DNA of 59,832 bases, counting the filler, from Sphacelaria rigidula (Eukaryota): the NCBI GenBank assembly GCA_964200075.2. It is 8 parts of 8 records of this genome, joined end to end, with 100 filler letters (N's around TTAATTAATTAA, not from the genome) between each part and the next. Parts side by side here need not be neighbours in the genome. Positions count along the whole stretch, not along the records: positions 29,969 to 37,359 come from CAXNAA020015131.1; positions 37,460 to 44,850 come from CAXNAA020015132.1; positions 44,951 to 52,341 come from CAXNAA020015133.1; 5 more parts are not named here. One strand, 5' to 3'. Positions 37,178 to 50,032 of the stretch are shown here, in pieces; position 1 is the first letter of the stretch; each line of letters opens with the position of its first letter. Under the pieces are notes generated by a model. It was given only the letters and a program-made list of their open reading frames with translations, was not told where the DNA came from and did not search any database. Position numbers and translations under genes: made by a program.

Positions 37178-39059
37178 TATCGTTCGATAAAAACGGGATA
37201 CTAGAACGGTGCGTGGCCTTGATTATGGAGCAAAGCGAGGCTGAGTATTATGATCGCCCCGGCGCCCCCACCCACCTGCTCACCCCCCCCCCCCCGTCAG
37301 CCTGGTCCGGCGAGAACCCGGCGTGCTCCGTCCTGGCTTTGTAGGGGCGGACCCCCGATNNNNNNNNNNNNNNNNNNNNNNNNNNNNNNNNNNNNNNNNN
37401 NNNTTAATTAATTAANNNNNNNNNNNNNNNNNNNNNNNNNNNNNNNNNNNNNNNNNNNNACACCCCGATAAAAAAACCGGTGTCGTGACCGGCACACAAC
37501 CAAAAAACAGCCGTTTTCAGAGTACCCGGAGCACCCCCCCCCCCCCCCATACATAGTCCGTACCCCAATTATCTGGCGTAACGACTCCCCGAAATACTGG
37601 GCATTTGGGAGAACCGACTGCCGACAATCATGAGTGCCGTGGAGTTCCTCCCCTGGGCACCCGCAACCCAGAATACTCGGTGTCGTCGTACTCGGTGCCC
37701 TCAGATAAATACTCCGTACCCTGAGTACCTGGGGTACCGACTCCCCGAAATAGCACGTATTCAAGAGTACCCAGAGTACCGACTGTCGATATAACACTGG
37801 GTATTACATGTTTTGATTGATTGACTCGATTGATCGTCGCACTTTGACTTATTCCCTAGGAATCCAACCGTGGGTATTCACAGTATTCAGAGTACCCCGA
37901 GTATGGGGATGCCCCAAGTTACTTTTTCTCTTACGTTACTTTGTCCAAGGAAGACAGAAGGAGACAGAAATACGAAGCGGAAGATAAGGAGTGGGTGGGT
38001 GGGGGGTACTAATTTCTTGCTTGCCTCGGTCGTGTGACCACTGACCACGCATCCCTTTCGAGTGGAAGATAGGGAGGGGAAAAAAAGGGAAGATAAATCC
38101 AGAGCCAAAGATGAAAATTTGCCGGAACACAGCTAGGAAACATCGCTTGAATTTCAAGTCGAGAAAGACAAGATCAGTTTCCCGCACAAAGCAGGGATAT
38201 CATCAGTCTTCGTGCCACCCCCGCCTCTCCCCCGCATCCCGGGTCAGGGGGAAAGCGGACCAGTCTCTTGGTCATTTCCTTGTTGAGTTCCTTGCGTGCT
38301 GGTGTTACTCTTGTTTTGCCAGCGGTAGCGGCTCTCCTGTTGGCAGCTCTCAGCGCAGCAGCCCTTTGCTTGTGATCGAGGTCGGATTGGTGTAGGTCTT
38401 CGCATCGCCACGCCTACTCGTATCCCCCCGCCCCTTTTTCGCCCCCCAGGTGAAGGTGCTCCTTTTCGTTGTTCTTCACGGCGGTGGCTCAATGTTGCGA
38501 GTCTTTGGCCTCACCTGCATTCTATATGGCGAATGCCGATAGTTTAATACATTTTCCGCAACGCGTACTCGAATCGCGACATTGTAGCGCCACCAAACAG
38601 TGTCGTCGTATTTCAATATGTTCGACCAGAGTGTGGAGAGGTTCGAAGCAATTGCGCCCATACCTTGAAAAACCCGGGGTGGTACAAGTTGTACAAATCG
38701 TCCTTCACTCGGTCGGGTTTAGCGCTGACCGTGCCTGTACGAGTACCCATAGTGTGACCTCAAACCCTCTCGTTCTGCAAACGATCCTGTTCTATTCATG
38801 TTCAGTGGGTCGTATTTTTCCAGTCTGTTATTGTTTCAAGTCTGTTGTAATAGTGTTCGCCGGGGTGTGGGCTCTGATTACTCTCGTATGAAGTACAGTA
38901 CAGTGCAGTACAGTACAGTACAGTACAGTGCAGTACCGCACCGCAAGAGCGGAACGAGATCACGAGGGAGGATAGTTCGTAGAAAAAAACAAACTCGACA
39001 ACCAGATAGAGCAGATTACATTCTGTATGAGAAATAGATTAATGTATTTCCCCTTTTCC

Positions 39060-39470
39060 GTGTGTGTGTGGGATCACGTGTGTGTGTCTGCGCGTGTGTG
39101 TTGTCATCCCATCTATTCTGGACGCCAGTCTACACCTTTCGGTATATGTGGGCGCATCAGCCGAGGTTACACAGGAGGAAGGCTAACTCAGGAGTTTTTA
39201 TTCCACCATATGATTTTTTCATTTTGATTTAGTACTTCACCTTCCCTCTGTGGTGCTTGCCTTATTTTTTATCGCGAGAGGGGTTCAGCGGTCCCTTCCC
39301 CTCGTCGACCGTGAAGTCGAATTTTGTGTACCCACGACATAGCCGCTCTCCACCGTTGGGCATGGTATGAGAAAACATCCCAGAATGTGTGACTTCACCG
39401 AGATTCGAAACCACTTCCCAACCGTCGGAAGGTGTCGAGGTTACCAACTGACCCACGGGGGCGACCGGCT
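39060..39470 (-). mobile_element. tRNA-derived SINE, second copy
   Basis: Reverse complement reads GCCGGTCGCCCCCGTGGGTCAGTTGGT...GTTTCGAATCTCGGTGAAGT...GATGACAACACACAC, colinear with 33983-34372. Confidence 0.8.
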
Positions 39471-40091
39471 ACACGTGTGCTTACGAAAAAGACAGTACGG
39501 TACTAGATTCGAGTTGAAGTGTTGTTGAAGTGTTGTTGGAGTGTTGGTCCACGATGGTATTGGACGACCGAATGGGAGACTTTGAATGTCAGCTGCTGTA
39601 GATCCAGCACCAATAGCACAGTGCAGTATGAGACGAATGCAGACCACAGTGGCGCAGTGGAAACAGCACCGTGTGGAACACCCAGCGCCAGAAATCGAAA
39701 TGTGCTGTGTACATTTGAAAAAACGGATCACACAACCGTGAACTTAGTTGTTGCACTCTCTGTGTGTCCTTTCCTTGCCCTTTCCTGAGATCTGTTTTCT
39801 CCACCTCTGTTTGCGTGATGTACTTTTCGTGTTCCGGTCCGCGGCTCACATCCCACGTCCTACAAAATCACCTTGATTTTGGTCGTGTTAAACGCCCTCC
39901 TCATGCAGAAGCCTTCCTTCCACACCACCCCACGATATGCGTTCTAGTGCGTTTTTCGACCACAAACAAAAACGAAACCTGGTAGCAGACAGGAAAGCGC
40001 GGCAATGCTGCTATACAACTTCTGAGCTCAGACCGTGCGCATTTCATCGCCGTCGTGTGCTACTCGTACTGACGATACCCATTTTTCACAG

Positions 40092-40878
40092 ATCCAAGCA
40101 CCTCGAGGACCCCAGCTTCACCAACATGATGAAGGGGTTGGTTCTGCTCCGGGCTAGCAAGAAGCTTTGCGACAGTATGCTTCACGTGCTTGAGCAAGAC
40201 GATGACATCAGCAAGAGCGATCACCCGGTGCGCAAGTGCATCAACCGCTGGGCAAACATCGCTCACTCCGGGATATCTTCAGGGACAGTATTCAGACAGC
40301 TGCTGAAACAGGCACACAGTGTTGGAGACGCACAGGCAGCGGCGGTCTTGAAGCGCCTGCTCGCCGCGGACGCGACCCCCAGGCTCGAGACATATTTTAG
40401 TCGCGAATTGGCCAGCGTTGTTTCCGCCGTAATCGAAGTTCTCCAGTCGAGGCCACCAGCACCGTGCGCAAAGCGCCCCCCTGCCCACAGGGCGGAGGTG
40501 GTAGCGGCGGACCGCCCCACGCCTCCATCTCCCCCGCCCCGTCACAACCTCACTAGCCGCCTTGTGACTCCACCACGGCATTCGAGGGTGCCTACGCCGG
40601 ATGCGTCTTCCTCTCAACAGACGCTCAACGCGCGTGTCGCTCCGCCGAAGGTCCGCGCCCCAACATCTGCCGTTCCGAGGGTTGCGATTGGACGCCTCGA
40701 AGGCTCTACTGGATCTGATCGACAGAGCTCCAACGGCGTTGGTGACGTCGCCACTTCAGAAGAAGTTGGTCGGCAGCAAGCGGTGACCGAAGTTAGCGTC
40801 CAGTGTGACAGGTTGTTTACGGGAGTGAGCGTCGGAGTTCAGGTGGAGGAGGCTTCCATGGTAGGCTGTGTATCCCAG
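40092..40878 (+). CDS. Large exon of an unidentified protein (helical N-part, P/S/T-rich C-part)
   Basis: ttcacag| acceptor, cag|gtgaga donor, 787 nt open with coding-like composition. No recognised family. Confidence 0.5.
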
Positions 40879-41580
40879 GTGAGAGCTGCGCTTGTGTTCT
40901 ATATTTACTCTGTACTGTACTGTACCCGAGAAGCGTGGAAAGGTGTGCGTTAGGGCGGGCGGGGGGCAGCGGAGGGAGGGCGGAAGCGTGTCGTGAACCG
41001 CGGTCCAAGCGTTGGGCTTTAGGCAGCTGGAGTTTTTCAATGCTCAGTTGCACATTTTGAACTGAGAACGGGTTTGAGGTCGTGAGATATTGGAAAATCA
41101 TGGTAATATAACAGCGAATGCTTGCAAGCTCGAACTTTTGAGCTTCTCCCGGAGAATGAGCCTTCTTTGGGCTTTGGAGGCTGTCGAGCGTTCCTGTGAG
41201 TTTTTTCAACGATAGCTTGTCTGTTCGTGCTTCAGCTTAAAAATAGCATGAGGCGGTAAAGCCAGTCGTAGTCCACGCGTGGTTTTCTCGTTTTTCTCTA
41301 CCGGTAGATATTTGGGCTTTCAGAGTCTTGCATAGCAGGTACTGCCGCAAAATCAACCATTCTGAGATGAACCGTGATTCACGCGCTGTAGGGTGGTGAG
41401 ATTTACAATAATGTCGCCAGTGTACACGGTACTTCGCTAGGGTTGTAGGATGTGACCACGTGTTGCGGTCGCAGAAGGTGATCCCCGCTTCTCCCTGAAG
41501 AAAGTCGTTGTCGTGGCCCTGCTGCCGAAGGATCTCCAGAGCGAGGCATATTTTCTATCTCGATATTCAGAAAAAGGAAT

Positions 41581-42039
41581 GGCCGTGAGCCTGGGTGGTG
41601 AGCGGTGAAACCAAGCTGGTACAGGGCACAGAGTACAGAGTACAGGGTGTCAACCGGTTCATCCCGGTGACTTTGTCTCCTTAAACTCTTTCTACCGTAG
41701 GCCCCCGTTACCTAGGGTACCAGAGATTCGTCCGTACTGGTGTGAGGGTTGCGGAGCCGCGTAAGCCTTTTACTGGCGTATGAGTTTCCTGCAACGTTCC
41801 CCTATACGGTTCGCATGTGACACAAGTAGTCATTGTGCTCACACATAGTGTGGCTTCCACGTCAACCTCACACCGGTACGGACGAATCTTTGGTACCCTG
41901 GGTAACGGGGTCCTGCGGTAGAAGGAGCTCAGGAAGACAGAGCCACAGTGGGAACGCGGTGGACACTCTGTGCTCTGTGCTCTGTGCTCTGTGCCCTATA
42001 CCAGCTTGGTTTCACTGCCTACCACCCAGACTCACGACA
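41581..42039. mobile_element. Foldback MITE with ~180-bp inverted arms (Harbinger-like)
   Basis: CGTGAGCCTGGGTGGT...GAAACCAAGCTGGTA pairs with TACCAGCTTGGTTTC...ACCACCCAGACTCACG. AAT on both flanks (possible 3-bp TSD). Confidence 0.75.
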
Positions 42040-42688
42040 AATCCTTGTTCCAAAGATCATCAGAGATGATACGCCTCGCTTCGGATATCCTTCGGCAGCA
42101 GGGCCACGACAACGATCTTCTTCAGGGAGAACCGGGGATCACCTCCTCTGGCCGCAACATGTGGCCACATCCTACAACCCTAGCGAAGTACCTACTACAA
42201 TGGGCCGTGATCTCAACGCTGATAGGTCGCTGCAATTCGTTGCTGAAATAGAACTTCCTGTCTAAGATTCTGGGCTCGAGCTGAGAGACTCGAAGGCGCT
42301 CGATATACAACAACCTAATCGCGTCGATCCGGACGGATGAATGCATCACCTTATTTTTCATCTCGTGAGACACGAACGCCTCAGCAGGGATTGTAAGGCT
42401 GTGAGAAATAAATGATTTCAGTCTAAAAAATAGTTCACGATGACAGATTGTTCCAAGTTGACTCTAGGGTCCGAAATTCCGTCTGTATTTTGATGAAGTT
42501 TTACGTGAGTGAAACCTCGTTCGTTCTCGTCACGGGTAAGAACTCTTCACGTCTTTTGTCACAACACACTACTTGTGTGTGCCCTCCCTCCAACGACATC
42601 CTTGACCCTATTGACACATTACTTTTTTGCACCCGTCTGAGTTTATGTATGTTTTTGTAGCCATGTGTTGAAAAAAATGGATATTTCA

Positions 42689-43089
42689 TAGAGCTCGGAA
42701 ATGGTACCAGTTATAACTGGCCATTACCATTACAATGGCGATAATAATAATGGTAATATAAAAATTTCGGAGAATGATTTCAAACCACTAATTACCGTTA
42801 CCGACTTTATAAGCCGCTATCGGCTACGTAGCCTACCTTCAGCCCTTGAAAATTGGCCCAAATTTCACGTATTTTTTAGCTCTAGTGGAGCCAAATCGCG
42901 TAAAAATGTGCCTCCGGCATGGCGCCTCCAGCGGGGCCCTCCGGGGGCGCCTCCGGCGGGGAGGATTTTTTACCTCGCGGCGGCGCCGCTCGATGACCAA
43001 ACTATTATGTACCGTTTTACTGGTTAATGAGTGCGCTACGCGTAACCATTCAACTCGTTAATGATTAGACAAACCATTTCCGAGCTCTA
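42689..43089. mobile_element. hAT-like MITE with perfect 17-bp TIR
   Basis: TAGAGCTCGGAAATGGT / ACCATTTCCGAGCTCTA. ACCATT subterminal motifs. Flanks do not form a TSD. Confidence 0.75.
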
Positions 43090-45149
43090 AAAAAACAACT
43101 TTGAGGAGGGAGTTACTGACAGCTACGAGCTGGTTTAGGCTTGTCGCCCGAAACATTGCCATCAGCAAATCCCCTGCGCAATCACTATCCACTAGTCGCA
43201 TACATCGTATCATACTGACCGCCATGGATAGACGCAGAGGGGGGCACAGCGGGAGTTTTGTTCAAGGTCATGCCGGTTACGGTAAGGGCGAAAAAGTACC
43301 TCGACCAATCAGCAGCCTTGATGTAGGTGCTCGTGGGTATTCCTTGTCAACGGGTCCTTTGTGTGGCAAAAACGCTGCATTGGTTGAATATAGCTTTGGT
43401 CGATGTGTTCGGCGTTACTATGGTGGATTGGGAGCAATCCATCCATCTAAAGCTGGCGACACTTGTGTGCTACAGCAGTAGACAGTGAACAAAGCAATCG
43501 AGCACGAATGCCGACGATGGTGTGTCCCATGACTTCCAGAAAGCCTCCGTCCAGACATCTTTGAGCCCCGCAATAGCCCTCACCACACATACATGCACGA
43601 ATATCCACAAGGAAGCGAACTGGGGATAAGGAAATAGGAAGGCGACTTGCCGTCGACGCGGTATCGTGGGTCGCTGACAGAGCAGGGCGGCGCGGCTGCT
43701 GCCTCTGTCTGAAGTCACTGCGGGGGTTGACTCGACGGTGGCCCCAAACATTTGCTATTGGTCCACTGGGTCTGATGTGCAAAATATGGCACATGAAGCG
43801 GCTTAGGTGTGCTCTTTTCGGCCTTCAAGCTTGCCAGCGTGTGTCATGTCACCACTGACCACGTTCGCCGATCATCCGAAGTCCAGAACAACCACCAGCG
43901 GAAGAAATTGTTATTTTTCGCTCATAAAATCTTCATATGCGGAGTAGTCAACCACGTTTACGCTTGTACCGCAATGTACGGAGAATATCACCCTGTCCCT
44001 CCCTAGTGCAACGAGTGTTTCAAACTCGATCGTATAGATAGGGCATGCAGTTGCGGCCTGGAGATATGAAACGCCAATTTGGGGTCGAGGATAAGGGTCT
44101 TATGTTAGAAGCAAACACCAGCGTACGCCATTGCTTTTTTGAAAATGAGTTCCTTATTTTTCTGGACTGTAGGATCCTGCTGATTTCCTCAAATTGCCGA
44201 GTTTCTTTTTATTTGGACTCTCGACAATCAATCGCTCGCTGCACCAAAGCTCCCCAGTATCGGACAACAATCACGGGAACTACCGCGCAAGCCTAACTGG
44301 CGCCTTCAAGTTGCCCAGGTGCTACCGTTCCCATTGCGCGAGAACTGAAACAAAAAAGAGCCCGACAAAACACATGACAAAACGGACCCTATCGCTGAGA
44401 CAACGAAAGTCGCGCTGGCTCTTCCACGAAGCCAAAAGCTCCGTGTGGCGAACACGGAGGGTTTTCGCCTTTTTGGGGCATGTATCTTGATTATTTTTTA
44501 TATGCATATTTCTTTTCTTGTCCCCCAATTTGAGGCGTGATTCCCAGCCATTTTCTTTCTTTAGTTTTCGTGAAAGGTCGAGCCTCATTTTTTTATCCCG
44601 ATTTTTCCTGATTGCGGGCAGCAAGTGTACCCTACACTGCGAGTGTACCCTGCACTGAGCGGTTGGTCCGTTGAGGCATCGATGTCGATGAAAGTCTTTC
44701 CGGGACCTCGGGTTTCTGAGCCACGCGTACCTCTCATTATCATTATTATTTTTTTTTGTCGCACTTTGAACCCCTCCCCTTCCTCGGGACCGTCTCGAAA
44801 GGGATGCGTGGTCAATGGTCAGACGACTAAGGCAAGCAACAAATGAGTACNNNNNNNNNNNNNNNNNNNNNNNNNNNNNNNNNNNNNNNNNNNNTTAATT
44901 AATTAANNNNNNNNNNNNNNNNNNNNNNNNNNNNNNNNNNNNNNNNNNNNCGAAGACGTTCATGCTCCACGCAACAGCCATCATGACCGAGTAATCATGT
45001 CCCCCTCTGTAGGCCGCCCGTTGGAACTATTCCTGGCAACAGTGACCCCACGGAAGCGCTTCCGAGCGAAACTAAATCCGAAAAATGGACACAATCCCGG
45101 GGAGCGGTTGATTCTCATTTCAAAATACGTTCTCATTTTTCTGGCAACC

Positions 45150-45504
45150 CTGTTATATGGGTTTTTTTTCACCTAATGATAGCTATTGACAACTGCTACA
45201 CGCCATAGAAATTCGGATCTCGATCACCGAAATGCTGGGGTCCTGGGTGAAAAACAAATTATGGGCAATTCAGGGTGTCCGAACGGACGCGAAAATTGGT
45301 TCCGAATATTGGTTTTTCACCCAGGAGCCCAACATTTCGGTGATCGAGATCCAAACTTCTATGGCGTGTAGCGGTTTCATCAGCTATCATTAGGTGAAGA
45401 AATATAACCATATTACGAAGATTTGGTGTAGATAGCAAAATTGTAATTCTCCGGGTTTCTCATCCTCAAAAGAAGATCCATCCCCAATATGTAAGATCCC
45501 GTGT
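45150..45504. mobile_element. Foldback MITE, same family as 36746-37177 (left end decayed)
   Basis: Inverted arms ttcacctaatgatagct...cctgggtgaaaaac / gtttttcacccagg...agctatcattaggtgaa. Right end ATCCCGTGTT. Confidence 0.75.
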
Positions 45505-46449
45505 TGACTGCTGACAAACTACCGTGCCGACTCGAGATAACCGCTGTTCCGCAGGACGCGGAAATGCTGCAGCGGAATACTGTGTATTGCATCCTGAGAT
45601 GGAACATCATACACGAGAGTACGCCGTTGTGCATGACGGCTGGCAGTGTTCGACAACTGTTGCGCCCGGGTGATATCTTGTCGGATGCGGCGCATGGTGC
45701 GCGCATCGGGGAGAGGAGAAGGCGTGGGAGGCGGGGTCATGGTCGGGATCGGAGCAATTTAGCAACGCTTGAGCCAAACAGAGGTACGCACACGTTCGCG
45801 TTTGCAGCGATATAATGTACAAGAACGACGATGGCCTGTACAGGGCGGCAAAAACAGCAGAAAGCGCTCAGTGCAGGCGGTACAGTGGTGCGCGCTAATA
45901 CTGCAAGCGTTACTGCTGCAGACGGCAGTCCAGGGCAAGCCAGCGTACAGGAGAGGAACGAGGAAATAAAACAAAAATGAGTCGTGGGGCTGAAACAGAG
46001 CCTCACACAAAAAAATAGAGTGTAGTAGATACCCAAAACCTGTGACTCGACTGATGCTGCACTGTGCCTCAGGAAGGCACAGAAGTGCAGCTTGTAACGC
46101 AGTAGGCAGCACACAACAAGAGCTTGATCGCCTTAAGCTGGAGTCCCATATGTCATGAACTTCGGCCTAGTCGCCTTCGAGGAGGCAGCCTCAACACACC
46201 TTTGCCCTGTATACTCTCGCGAACAGAGGCTCAAGTCGTATGTTTCACGTTGCAATGCAGCTGTCAGCAACAACCAATATAATCCCAACCACATAGCAGT
46301 TCAAATCCAGATGTTCACTAGATTATGTCCTCGTAGGTTACAATACGAACCGGAGCCAATCGTTCCTCCCAACCAAGAAGCGTACTGGTAAGGGCTTACG
46401 TGGAAATCAAAGCAACGGCGGCAAAAGCTGATGATGTCCTCGGTCCGAG

Positions 46450-47290
46450 ATGGAGTGATCACGAAGGGGTTGATAACTCGTACGACCGCACTTGATATCC
46501 TACGCCAGAAATATATCCACACGTAGTCATAGTACAATAAAAAGCCGACGATAGGTACTCGGGATGTTGCTGGACCATACATTCAACAGTTCGTCCGTAG
46601 CGGTGAGTACCACGTTTATCGTACCGCCCCTCCAGTCCAAGAAACGTTCCGGGAACGCTACCTGTTGTGCACATGGACATTCGATGTGCAGCAGACGAGA
46701 CGGTCAACCATACAACTTGTATCTCAGATCGACCATCCAGAACATCGACTTGGCTTTTCCAACAAGCTGGTATCTCTTGACGGCCAGTTAAAGATACGTA
46801 TCCAAACGTCGCCTTACTCCGAGGGATATATGCCCGAGATTACAGATCCCGAGACTAGCCCCTGCAAATACCATGACAACTAGACGTCTCCACGCCTGGC
46901 TGGGTGAGACTGAATTATGGACAATTTCTAAGGCAATCCCCTTGCAGTGAGTGATGAGCGACACCCATACTAGGCTTGCTTTGCTCAACTTGATGGGGTC
47001 GCAGCTTGCTTTGCTGTCGAAGTCCTCTCGATCAACTTCCAGTTTGTTGTCCCCGGCTTATACGAGATATTATGAAGATATTCAGCGCATGGCTTGCTCT
47101 CTCGCCGCTCTTTCCTTCATGCTGCGCAAACACCACATCCGGTGTATGGCCTATGGTCTCACCACTTTGTCTCTCTTTGTGAGGTCCTCCTGCACACTCT
47201 CGACCAAGAGCCGTTTCCCAAACCAATCCATAGACACCTTGAGTAATCCGTCATCATATGCATCAATTTCCCCTCGAATTTGAGCCTTCA
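46450..47290 (-). pseudogene. Ty1/copia gag (Retrotran_gag_2/UBN2-like) relic with stops and frameshifts
   Basis: KASLVWVSLITHCKGIALEIVHNSVSPSQAWRRLV matches the copia gag W.SL...CKG.A..IV....SPS.AW..L motif. Followed by PERFL...DELLNV remnants. Confidence 0.65.
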
Positions 47291-47379
47291 TTCGGCCGGG
47301 GGCGGCAAAGTGTTGCATGATCCTGATGCTTGACATGGGTACCTGTTCGACGTGTCGATGGAACAGTGTCAAACCAGCG

Positions 47380-47590
47380 GCAGCGTTCCTACTCCTGACA
47401 GGATCACCTCGAACGTTCAGGTGCCCATCACCTTTCGTCCATACACTACACAAAAACCGCTTAGATATCTGATCCCCGTCCTGTTTTGCCGTCTGTGGCC
47501 ACCATTTAGCACCTACTTTAGCCATCGTTTTCTCGCTACTGTCTAGTGCATCAAACGATTTCATGCCACCTTCGTTCACGTGTCGCATTT
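47380..47590 (-). mobile_element. LINE ORF extreme C-terminus (same family as 14985-15355 and the short tails)
   Basis: RHVNEGGMKSFDALDSSEKTMA..G.KWWPQTAKQDGDQISKRFLCSVW...VRSRN. Its RSRN end matches the RSRIGAPSRKG start of the tail copy at 31020. Confidence 0.75.
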
Positions 47591-48104
47591 CTCGGAGAAA
47601 TGGTGGCGACCGGAAGGGCTACGGCGGGGAAGACTACGGAGGTGGTGGGGAAGACAGTAATGGCGGCGGTGAGGGCGAGCGGCGGTGGCGGGAGGGGGAA
47701 CGGCGGCCGCGGCAGGGACGGGCGGACCGGGCGGCTTGTGTAGGTCGGGACGGCAGAAAGTGATGCCTCAGGTGCATGACCGTCCGCTCGCCGAGGGGCG
47801 TTGTCCATCGCTCGGATCTTGTTCGCGCGAGCTTTGGCACCAAGTGCCAGCCGATTGAACAGGAACAAGCCAACAGCAAACGCAGCGGACAGAGCGAAGA
47901 CCACAAAATCTAGTCCAGTCGATCCTTGTCAAACGTTGGGAAGAACTACAGGAGGCATCGTTATTATCTCGCACCCCACCATCGGCTCCCGTGTAGGTGC
48001 CAATGTCTGTTCGCCTCCTAAAGGGCGCCCGTCACGCGGGCTTGCGCACTCGTCCTGGCGTTCATTGCTAGTATTCCATAGGATCCCGGTTGCCAACACA
48101 CGAG

Positions 48105-49191
48105 GAAAGATACTGGAGGACATCACCCTTCGTGCTACGGACGCCGTACGTCGAGTGGGCTGCGGTGTAAGCATTCATCCACCGAGATTCAATCTCCGCC
48201 ATCTACCGCCCTACACCGAGCTTTCACTACCAGTTCCTCGGCTTACCGCCAGGGTGAAAACCCGCCGCGAGGAGCCCACGAGCCAGACGAGGACCCCCAC
48301 GAAGGACGGGCGGGTCGGCAAGGCTTTTGTTCTTCCTACCGCGCACCCCGGTCGTCAGAGTAACCGCCCATCGAAGACCGATGAGCTGCCGGCAACATTG
48401 CACGCCGATGTATGTATGGCAGATGCCTTGCAAGCGCAAGCTAGCAGGGAACGGCAGGACGAGTCGGCAAACGGCGCGTTAGTGCCACCCAAGTGGGATG
48501 GTGCACGGGGGTTTGTCGGTGGAAGACGACCGGTCCCAGTAGGGCGTCCTGTAGGAGGCGAGAAGACGTTGGCACCTGCACGGGTGTCGAGCGTAGGGCG
48601 CAAGATAATAACAGCGCCTAGTTTCATTCTTCCAAACGTTGAACTCGATCCTTGTTCAACGTTTGGAAGAATGAAACTAGGCGCTGTTATTATCTTGCGC
48701 CCTACGCTCGGCACCCGTGGAGGTGCCAACGTCTTCTCGCCTCCTACAGGACGCCCTACTGGGACTGGTCGTCTTCCACCAACAAACCCCCGTGCACCAT
48801 CTCACTTGGGTGGCACTAACGCGCCGTTTGCCGACTCGTCCTGCCGTTCCCTGCTAGCTTGCGCTTGCAAGGCATCTGCCATACATAGATAGGCGTGCAA
48901 TGTTGCCGGCAGCTCATCGGCCTTCGATGGGCGGTTGCTCTGACGACCAGGGTGCGCGGTAGGAAGTACAAAAGCCTTGCCGACCCGCCCGTCCTTCGTG
49001 GGGGTCCTCGTCTGGCTCGTCGGCTCCTCGCGGCGGATTTTTGCCTGGCGGAAAGTCGAGGAACTGGTGATGAAGGCCCGCCGTAGGGCGGTAGGTAGCG
49101 AAGATTGAATCTCGGTGGATGAATGCTTACACCGCAGCCCACTCGACCTACGGCGTCCGTAGCACGAAGGGCGATGTCCGCCAGTATTTTC
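48105..49191. repeat. ~1.1-kb inverted duplication (two ~540-bp arms, 9-nt spacer 48645-48653)
   Basis: ...TTCCAAACGTTGAAC-tcgatcctt-GTTCAACGTTTGGAA... The arms encode near-identical peptides on opposite strands. Confidence 0.95.
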
Positions 49192-50032
49192 CCACCTGCT
49201 ATCCGATAGAGTTGGAGACATGACAAGAGAGCGCGTGGGGCAGGGTGAACAGTGAAGTGCGGCTGAGGGGCAGCCACATGTTTCCATTCGAGAACCGCGT
49301 CTACAAGACCACGCAGGCACGGAAAGGCTGATACGGAGCAATTTATGCCCCCACCCCACCCCCCTGCACGAATAAGCGAGTGCGAATTCTTTCGCCGGTG
49401 TTTGACGTATATGCCGAAATGACGAAGAACCAGAATAGTCGACACTACGCAAGAGGAACAACGAAATCAACGCACAAAGCTCACCTGTATCGAATGCTGT
49501 GGAAATCAGTTCATCGATCGCAACCCTTCGTACGGACAGCCAGACCTGAAATGCAACACCGGAGTCATCGTGGACAACATTTTTGGAGTGTCATCACCGC
49601 ATACTGACAATTCCCGTAGTACCGTTTCACCATCTGTTCGATTGGTTGATTGGTTGATTAGTTGGTTGATTGATCGTGGTACATTAACCGATTTCCGAGA
49701 TCATCCGACCATGGTCATTATACACAAGCTAGACGCACCTAGGGTACATTAAACGAAACAAAAACACTCTCTATTCATAGAGGAAACTCGAGGAAAAGGA
49801 AAGACAACGGATGAGAGACAGAGTCAACCACGGTTAGGACAATTCATCACGACTCAATATCACCGAATTCACGATTCCGTCGGCCTGATCGCCCAAAACG
49901 GAGAAAAAAGTTTATCGCTGGTCCAAGGGGTATCCACGCAACGTTTGCGCCCGACTCATGATACTCAAACCAAGTAATTTTCAGACGAATCATTATTTGC
50001 CCGACCCTTGGAATCGACGTAACGACGAACTA

